In this document: piece after piece, positions 54,141-64,000 of the stretch
Numbering within the stretch: the first letter of the stretch is position 1
Layout of the letters: each line of letters begins with the position of its first letter
Translations under genes and position numbers: made by a program
The notes under the pieces: generated by a model
What the model was told of the DNA's origin: nothing
Seen by the model: only the letters and a program-made list of their open reading frames with translations
The model's database searches: none
Source: Eledone cirrhosa
Lineage: Eukaryota
NCBI GenBank assembly: GCA_964016885.1
Contig: CAXHJY010000600.1
Span: 12,224 to 76,223 of the forward strand
Direction: 5' to 3'
Length of the DNA stretch: 64,000 nucleotides

Positions 54141-54379
54141 TCATAGATAGATAGATAGATAGAGGATATTAAATACATCGAAGGCCATATGCAGTTGTAT
54201 GTAGGTTATTTTTAATATTCTATAATGTTCGGTATAATAACGGTAAATAAATAAGGCAGAGTGTCAGTGATATTAATCAGAAATCGAATGAATAAAAACA
54301 TACAACGTAAATTGGAGATTCCTGATATCAGCTATCTATCGGATATCATTGTAGTTACACGCACATAGATACATACATG

Positions 54380-54451
<72 letters not shown>

Positions 54452-54713
54452 GGAAAGAGGGAGAAGTATATACAAATGTATACACAGTTGACACAGTAAA
54501 TCACGATGTAAATAATGCTAGAATTTCGTAAGTTACTAAAAGAGCCTTTCCCATGATTGAGAACATATAAACTATATAATGTAAACTAAATGAACTAAAT
54601 CTCCTTCAAATCATACATATTTATTATATATATATATATATATGTGTGTGATTTTCCCCGTTCCTTCCTCTTCTTACTCTCTATCTTTCCATTTCATCTT
54701 TTATTTCTCATGC

Positions 54714-54753
54714 TATCTTCTGATGATGGATTAGTGTCCGAAACGTTAAGATA
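54714..54753 (+). ncRNA. Minimal type I hammerhead (dimer type)
   Basis: TATCTT-CTGATGA-TGGA-TTAGTG-TCC-GAAA-CG-TT-AAGATA. Helix I is 6 bp, and an AACGTT palindrome replaces helix III. Confidence 0.8.
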
Positions 54754-54850
54754 ATTTTCCTATTATTTCAAGCGTTAAACTAATACATTTCTTCATTTTA
54801 CTGTGTCGTTTGCTTTATCATTTCTGTTTACTTTTGACATCCCCCCCCCC

Positions 54851-54967
<117 letters not shown>

Positions 54968-55169
54968 ATATACACACACACACAAACACAAACACTCAAA
55001 TATATAAAATCTCGAACTATGTCCACAGTTATTCTCTGCATTTGATATTTTCTACATTCCCTAAGAATTTCACCTTACATGACGCTCCGATAGCTTGTTT
55101 ACACAAATCTATCTATATATGTATGTATGTATATACATATATATATATCTATAGAAATCTATATACCCA

Positions 55170-55228
<59 letters not shown>

Positions 55229-55443
55229 ATGTACGTCAATACTCATCTTTTTCCATTTCTCCGAGGATTCTTAACCCCACTATCAGGCTAAATAATTTCT
55301 TTAATTTCTTTAGTCAAAATACGGCGATAACTTACATTTCTAATAATGTATATATATATATATATATATATATACAAGCGTTAACCTATATATTCCTTCC
55401 ATATACTGTACCGATTGCGTTGTTATTTCTGTTTACCTTTTAA

Positions 55444-55499
<56 letters not shown>

Positions 55500-55706
55500 A
55501 TAGATAGATAGATAGAGAGGGTGGGGGAGAGAAATATATATTTATAAACATATATATATATATATATATAAATATATGTGTGCGTGCGGCGTATATACAC
55601 ATACAGAAATATATATATATATATATAAATGAAATATATATATATATATAAATGAAATATATATATATATATATAAATGAAATATATATATATATATATA
55701 TATGAA

Positions 55707-55787
<81 letters not shown>

Positions 55788-55788
55788 G

Positions 55789-55830
<42 letters not shown>

Positions 55831-55831
55831 G

Positions 55832-55873
<42 letters not shown>

Positions 55874-56300
55874 GAAATATATATATATATATATATATAT
55901 ATTACTTCACCGAAAAAGAGGAAGGACATTTATTTTATTTATTTTATTTATTTTATTTATTTTATTTATTTTATTTATTTACTTCCTGAAGTATTTTTAT
56001 AAGCAAGGTTGGTGTACTCTTATCAGCAGTTCCTATGTAATGATGGTATTAATTCATATCACGTAAACCGGTATCAAGACGATATGCATGGCTGGATGGC
56101 CAGATAATGATATAGATGGATGGAGGGGAGTTGAGGATGGATATATAGGTGGACGAACGGACACGAGAGCTGATGGAAAGATAAAGATATTATGTATGGA
56201 AGGAAAGAAGGCCTGATGGTTGGCTAGTAAAGAAAAAAGAGAGAGCAAAAGTTTGATGGCTGTATTGATACACAATGCATATAACACACTAAGAAAATTG

Positions 56301-56343
<43 letters not shown>

Positions 56344-56494
56344 GTGTGTATGTATGTATGTATGTATATATATATGTATATATATATGTATGTATGTATG
56401 TATGTATATATATATATATATGTATGTATGTATGTGTGTATGTATGTATGTATGTATATATATATGTATATATATATGTATGTATGTATGTATG

Positions 56495-56525
<31 letters not shown>

Positions 56526-56526
56526 G

Positions 56527-56585
<59 letters not shown>

Positions 56586-56586
56586 G

Positions 56587-56617
<31 letters not shown>

Positions 56618-57128
56618 GTATATATATATGTATGTATGTATGTATATATGTATGTATGTATATATGTATGTATGTATGTATATATATATGTATGTATGTA
56701 TGTATATATATATATATATGTATGTATATATATATATATATGTATGTATGTATGTATATATATATGTATGTATGTATATATATATGTATGTATGTATGTA
56801 TATATATATATGTATGTATGTATGTATATGTATGTATGTATGTATGTATGTATATATATGTATGTATGTATGTATGTATATATATATATATTTGTATGTA
56901 TATATATACATATGTATGTATATATATGTATGTATGTATATATGTATATATATATATGTATGTATATATAAGTATGTATGTATATGTATGTATGTATATA
57001 TATGTTTATATATATGTGTATATATATATATATGTATATATATATATGTGTGTATATATATATGTGTGTATATATATATGTATATATATATATGTGTGTA
57101 TATATATATGTATATATATATGTGTGTG

Positions 57129-57161
<33 letters not shown>

Positions 57162-57249
57162 GTATGTATGTATATATATATATATGTATGTATGTATATA
57201 TATATATGTATATATACGTATGTATGTATATGTATATATATATTATTAT

Positions 57250-57282
<33 letters not shown>

Positions 57283-57360
57283 GTCTAATATGTATATATA
57301 TATATGTATGTATGTATATATGTATATATACGTATGTATGTATATGTATATATATATTAT

Positions 57361-57443
<83 letters not shown>

Positions 57444-57611
57444 GTATATGAATGTATCTGTGTATACACGCACACATACACATACATATAAATTTCTATA
57501 TTTAGATCCATACATGTATATGTGTATACACATACATACATAAACATAAATATTTCTATATTTATTTCCATATGTGTATCTATGTATACACCCACATATC
57601 TACATACACGC

Positions 57612-57645
<34 letters not shown>

Positions 57646-57659
57646 TAAATGCAAAGTCA

Positions 57660-57940
57660 ATCAACAGTTTTTGTATTTTTTTTTAATTTATTTTTTAACA
57701 TTACAACTGTAGACTTTATTGTGTTGTATCAGATGGAACAATGGTATTTAACTAATGTATTGGTACGCGATGGGGCCCACCCACAGCCCCGGCGGACAGA
57801 ATGGAGAAGGCGTTTCCCCGGAGGACGGCAAGGGAGACGCACTGGAAAAGCCACTCCATCTCGCGGGGCTCACACCTACGGCTAGCCAGCTCAGCGCCTA
57901 TGGTGGTGAGTAAGGAGGTAGCCCTGGGGGCCGAGGACAT
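57660..57940 (-). mobile_element. CRE-like 3' fragment with A-rich tail
   Basis: ORF 57752-57940: TIGAELASRRCEPREMEWLFQCVSLAVLRGNAFSILSAG. Confidence 0.72.
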
Positions 57941-58156
57941 GGTTTTGAATGGTGAAATAAAATCTTCTGTGACGTAATTGATTCAATTTCAAAACACGGT
58001 GTCAGATCATGTCATTTTCTTGCCAGATACACCGGAACAATGTTTTCTCTATCCTGTTGGCCGGGACCTCGAAGCCGATTGACTCTTAAATTTCATTTAT
58101 GGTGGTGGCATGTGGAAATAGATTTAGTTATTTATTATTTCACTGAGTGTGTATAT

Positions 58157-58477
58157 CAACATTTCTCAACCTTTTTACCCTTGTGGAATCCTGCAAATAG
58201 TTTTCGTGTCTTGGGGAACCCCTGTATAAAAATTATTATATACCATTATTAATATATATCTCTTTAATATTTTTATCGTAGTTTGAAGCAATTATTATAA
58301 TATCCAAAGATTTTCCAACAATATGCCCTACACGTATAGTAAAATTACGAATACGTATAAAATTTAACAAAAATTGCTCAAAAAGGCATTGGCTTACTTA
58401 TCCCTCTTTTTCACGGAATCCCTAACGACCTCTTGCGGAACCCTAGGGTTTCATGGAACATCGGTTGAGAATGGCTG
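58157..58477. mobile_element. hAT (Charlie-like) MITE
   Basis: TIRs CAACATTTCTCAACC / GGTTGAGAATGGCTG, repeated GGAA(T/C)CC motifs, 8-bp flanks GTGTATAT / GCGAATAT. Confidence 0.72.
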
Positions 58478-59135
58478 GCGAATATAATAGATCTCCCAAA
58501 CATTTATATTGTTTTATTGTTTTACTGATTTCAGCCATTCCACTGTGGACATGGCGGGAAACCATTATGACGTCTCTTCCACCATTTGCGTAAAGGACAT
58601 AAACGTGACCATCAATCATAGATGGACAGGCCAAGTCTCCGTTTCAGATAACAGGTGGACTATTGGTGAGCCAGGGTGGACATCAAGGCAGTGGACTAGA
58701 ACCAGAGACCAGGTGGCGCTATGATCTGACCCAATACTTTGGCCCCACATGACCCAATATGGCAAGAGATAGGAAGCGGTGGAGGTTAAACAGGGAAGGG
58801 TTTCTTCAACAGGAATGAGAAGGCCTTGGATTTGGGATTTGGGAGTAAACAAATGAACCAGTTTGACGTTGCAATGGTCATCGCTATGCGCTACTGCGAT
58901 GGAGATTCGTTTGGAATTGTGCGCAATATCCAAATCCCACCAAGCAAGAAACTTAAAGGATTGCGGTCTCTTGAAACTTATCTTCTCCCAATTTGAGAGA
59001 GAGAGTGGGGGAAAGGGGATGTAAGCAGAAGTGGACTGGGTCTTAAAACTAGCTTCAGCGACACTAAATAACAGATTGCTGACCTGAATCGGCCTTAGGA
59101 AGTGCAGTACCCAGTTAGGTGTTACATATATATAT

Positions 59136-59326
59136 CAGATCTGTCAACTCTCCCCATCGACGGGGAGATCTCCCACCCACTTTGCGGTGAGTGAGTGATG
59201 TCTTCTTTTGTGAAAATGGTTATAGCTTTCATTATGTAAAATCTCCCCATGTTGCTTCATTTCTCCCGTTTGGGCCGCTTTTTTTAATGGTACTCCCCTT
59301 TTGGGATTTAGAGATTGGCAGGTTTG
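59136..59326. mobile_element. hAT-like MITE
   Basis: TIRs CAGATCTGTCAACTCTC / GAGATTGGCAGGTTTG with internal CTCCC repeats. Confidence 0.6.
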
Positions 59327-60096
59327 ATATATTGTAGAGTGTTAGTGTGAGTTCTAGATTACATTCGATTACTCGTAGCACGGACATAATCAGGTGCAAT
59401 TGATCGAATTGTCAAAAGTCTAGTCCTGCTGTTGACTGCTGAAGGCCAAATATTTTGTCATTATCCCGGCTCAGCTAAGACACATTCTACTTCCATCTCA
59501 ATCATTGAGCAGCGGATATGACTTCCCTTTCTCGTGGTCTTTTAATCCGCTGATTTCTCTTTCTTTTTGTTTCTTTTTCACACGAATCGGTGACACACCT
59601 GGAATTGCGCATATGCCCGTTTGATCAGTCTGATTCTAGAAAGAAGGCGAAACTTTTACAACTTAGCAATAGCGTTCTTCTCGTGGATTTCGATAATATT
59701 GAATGCCTAAGTTTGACAGTAGTCCCATCATAACTTTCCAGTATAGATGATTGCACATCGTTCCATTCATTGTTAGAAGGAAACTTCAAAGCTTTCAGAC
59801 TTCTCCCGATACTTAGTCTAATGAATATATATGTGTCTGTATATATATATATATATTAATTAAAATAACAGATTAAAGTTTAAGCAAAGAATCGCTGCTT
59901 TCACCTTAACGGGATCTTCTGAAACTAAAATAGTCAATCAGTGAACGCTGAAGTAAATATTTCAAAAAACGTTGCAACCGAAGGAAGACTTGGTTCGTGG
60001 AAACGTTCCCTGCAAAGAACGGATTTATCCTTATCGAGCCCTCTTTGGATTTTAGTCTTCAAATTTATTATTATTACTATATATATATATATATAT

Positions 60097-60488
60097 AGGA
60101 ACGAGTAGGACCCCGACAGCTGAGCTCAGGCCGTTTCGACGGCTAATTCTGGACTAAATGAAAATGTTTATCTGGTATATGAATAGCCGAGCTTCTCAGG
60201 GGGTAATTCCATATATGGTAAAAGTGATTGTCACAAGGATTGGTCAAAAGTTTGTTGTTGACACACATAATTCTATCATGGCAATTTACCATATATGGAA
60301 TTACCCCCTGAGAAGCTCGGCTATTCATATACCAGGATAAAAATGTTCATTTAGTCCAGAATTAACCGTCGAAACGGCCTGAGCTCAGCGGTCGGGGTCC
60401 TACTCGTTCCTATTACCCACTCTACTACCCTAAGTATTGAGTTCTTTGGTGCGTTGTGGTCCACCTGGTCCTTACCACATTTCCTTCG

Positions 60489-60490
<2 letters not shown>
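60097..60490 (+). mobile_element. Longest family B element: ~125-bp inverted arms, each with a long-helix-II hammerhead-like motif
   Basis: ACCCC-CTGAGAA-[56 nt]-GAAA-CGGC-CTGAGCTCA-GCGG-TC-GGGGT at 60303-60398, mirrored at 60110-60204. Confidence 0.82.
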
Positions 60491-60553
<63 letters not shown>

Positions 60554-60771
60554 GTGTGTGTGCATATATTAGTAGGTCCTTTGGATTAGCTCCAGTTCAG
60601 TGGTTAGCTTGGCATTGTATAGTAACCATGGTAATAGGGAGCATTAATCTAGACGGCTGAGAATAAAATATATTCCAGAGAAGAAGCATAACCTCTTATG
60701 TCCTTGTTCTGAATATTCTCAGGAACCATCCCACAAATCTTCAGTGTATACATACACACATACATATATGC

Positions 60772-60838
<67 letters not shown>

Positions 60839-60990
60839 AACTTTTAATTGCGTATAAATATGCATACACACGCATGTATACGTCTGTTTATATTTTATAT
60901 ATATATGTATATATGTGTATGTATATTTATGCAAGTATGTGTGCCTATATATATATACGTGTGTGTATGCATGTATATATATATATATAT

Positions 60991-61044
<54 letters not shown>

Positions 61045-61047
61045 CTA

Positions 61048-61148
<101 letters not shown>

Positions 61149-61151
61149 CAT

Positions 61152-61301
<150 letters not shown>

Positions 61302-61359
61302 CTATACATTATACATATCATATATATACATATATGCATATATATATATACATATATGC

Positions 61360-61390
<31 letters not shown>

Positions 61391-61393
61391 CAT

Positions 61394-61430
<37 letters not shown>

Positions 61431-61466
61431 CATATATATATATATATTATATATATATAGTATATA

Positions 61467-61543
<77 letters not shown>

Positions 61544-61549
61544 CACATA

Positions 61550-61641
<92 letters not shown>

Positions 61642-61720
61642 CATATATATATATACATATATATATATACATATATATACATATATATATATATACATAT
61701 ACTATAATATATATATATAG

Positions 61721-61754
<34 letters not shown>

Positions 61755-61826
61755 TATCCTTTCCCCACATACATAGAATTCTCTAAAATGTTCGTTAAAA
61801 TTGCATAAATTCAGACATTCACGTAT

Positions 61827-61888
<62 letters not shown>

Positions 61889-62019
61889 CACTACCATCAC
61901 CTCAGCATCAAATATACACATATACACATACGTACATAGACACACTATTACAGAACAGAAGTGTTGTTTAGTTTAATAAATTAAATAAATATGTTTGAGA
62001 CACTGACGGGCTGACGGGC

Positions 62020-62524
62020 GCACACACAGACACAGATAGATCACACACACACACACACACACATATATATAGACAGACACACTCAGGCAGAGATAGACAA
62101 ATACACATGCTGGTCTATCTATATACACAGACGCACACACACACACACACAGACACACACACTCACACAGTCACACACACACACTCAGACACACACATAC
62201 ACACACAGAGACTCACACACACACACAGACACAGAAGCAATACCATAGAACACAAGACACGCCGCCAAACACACATGCTGCTCTATCTATGTAAAAACCG
62301 ATAATAACATCCCAGATATACACAGGCACACAGACACACACACACACACTCACACAGACACACACACTCACACACAGATACACACCCACATAGATAGATT
62401 CACACACACACACATACATACACACATACTCACACACACACACAGAAGCAATGCCACAGAACACAAGACACGCCAAATACACATGCTGCTCTATCTATAC
62501 ACACACATACACACACACACAGAT

Positions 62525-62565
<41 letters not shown>

Positions 62566-62844
62566 CATACACACACTCAGACGCACACACTCACACAGTC
62601 ACACACACACTCAGACACACACATACACACACAGAGACTCACACACACACACACACACACAGACACAGAAGCAATACCATAGAACAGAAGACACGCCGCC
62701 AAACACACATGCTGCTCTATCTATGTAAAAACCGATAATAACATCCCAGATATACACAGACACACAGACACACACACACACACAGACACACACACTCACA
62801 CCCACATAGACATATTCACACACACACACATACATACACACAGA

Positions 62845-62880
<36 letters not shown>
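62020..62880. repeat. (CA)n-based higher-order repeat, ~434-bp period
   Basis: GAAGCAATACCATAGAAC..CATGCTGCTCTATCTATGTAAAAACCGATAATAACATCCCAG at 62235 and 62668, with a diverged half unit at 62445. Confidence 0.85.
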
Positions 62881-62883
<3 letters not shown>

Positions 62884-63502
62884 TCTAGTCACTAAACTAT
62901 GGCGAGAGTAAAAGGTATCGTTTACTATAAAAATTCTACAGGACTTGTCGCTTCACTAGCAGCTTCCAAAAACAAAATTCTTGCCATATTTTCTTAACTA
63001 AGCTTTTGCGAAGGAAGATATTTGTTTATATATATATTTTCGTTTGTTTTTTTCTTTCTATTTTTGTTTTTGATTTTGTTGTTGTACTTGTTGTTTTATG
63101 TTGTTGTTTTTTTGCGAACAGATGATTTTTTTTTTTTTTTTTACACGGCATGCTTTATTTACTTGGCCTATGACATTACAAGTCACTGTCCCCTCTCTTT
63201 TACGTTGGGTTGATATTAGATGGGTTGTCTTGATCTGTATGTAAACTTCATGCCAGCACACACACGCATACACACACACACACATACAAATGGACACATA
63301 CACAAACGTGTGTGTGTTCACACGTACAAGTTTCATCTGTCTATTATTTTCGCGCGTTTATGTATGTATAATAGTATATATATTTATATATATATATAAT
63401 ATATACATGCAGAAGTTATATTTAATTTGTTGGGATTCAACAAGCTTAAAAGTTTTTATAATTGATATAAAGCACTCAACAAATTACTGGAGTAAATATT
63501 CA

Positions 63503-63723
63503 ATATATTAATAAATGTAAACTATATTTATAAAACCATATTTATTTTATTATATATATATTTAAAGGGCAACCAAGGTAGTTTTGGTGCGCTTTCATCA
63601 GATAAAATACAAATTTTGTATTTAATCTGATGAAAGCGCACCAAAACTGCCTTGATTGCCCTTGAAATATATATAATTAAATAATTATGGTTTTATAAAT
63701 ATAGTTTTCATTATTAATATATT
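63503..63723. mobile_element. Family F 220-bp palindrome
   Basis: ~110-bp arms centred on ATACAAATTTTGTAT with CTGATGAAAGCGCA near the centre. A single-arm copy lies at 26865-26978. Confidence 0.75.
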
Positions 63724-63941
63724 ATATATATATATATATATATAATAGTTAAAGAATGAAGATTAACATGGTTGGTTGTACAATAAGGGCTTTATGTAAA
63801 GTACTGACGATTGTTTCGTGCATAATTATGGAAGCATCTTGTTGAGTCAAACAAAGCCGTACGTTAAAACTATCCACGCGACAGAGTACTCACAACCTCT
63901 AACTGGATTAACTATGAGGATATTATCTATAACTTGTTATC

Positions 63942-63990
<49 letters not shown>

Positions 63991-64000
63991 TAAATATTTA

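Noticed and set aside
58509-58933. Overlapping 71-aa and 105-aa ORFs as an exon
   Set aside because: No recognisable homology and no phase-consistent link to the candidate exons.
63803-63850. Possible minus-strand hammerhead (GAAA-CAATCG-TC)
   Set aside because: The left core (CAACAAGA) is too degenerate to support.

Overview
AT-rich, microsatellite-saturated eukaryotic DNA. The SINE types and repeat landscape fit an octopod cephalopod best, but that is an inference. Almost all listed ORFs are microsatellite artefacts. The recognisable coding remnants are all non-LTR retrotransposons: a decayed near-full-length Tx1/L1-clade LINE (1-3650, minus), two R4/Dong-like restriction-endonuclease 3' ends, three CRE-like 3' ends, a CR1-like tail and several Tx1 3' tails next to (TCTA)n or (ATT)n. 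There are also many tRNA-derived SINEs, mariner/Tc1 and hAT-type MITEs, and Helitron-like ends. The most striking signal is a dense set of short (100-600 bp) non-coding elements embedded in (TA)n tracts, from at least 10 families with largely unrelated sequences. Many are head-to-head palindromes and carry type I hammerhead ribozyme motifs. Variants include a compensatory U3-A8 core with a branched helix II, long helix II forms and forms with no helix II. Most families share a short CTC..ATTGAGTAC hairpin near the 3' end. They look like non-autonomous Penelope-like or retrozyme-type elements, and one nested insertion suggests they create the (TA)n around them. A weakly supported plus-strand host gene with tiny exons (23.3, 45.0, 48.5 kb) may span the region. 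All structures were folded by eye, and no database search was run.
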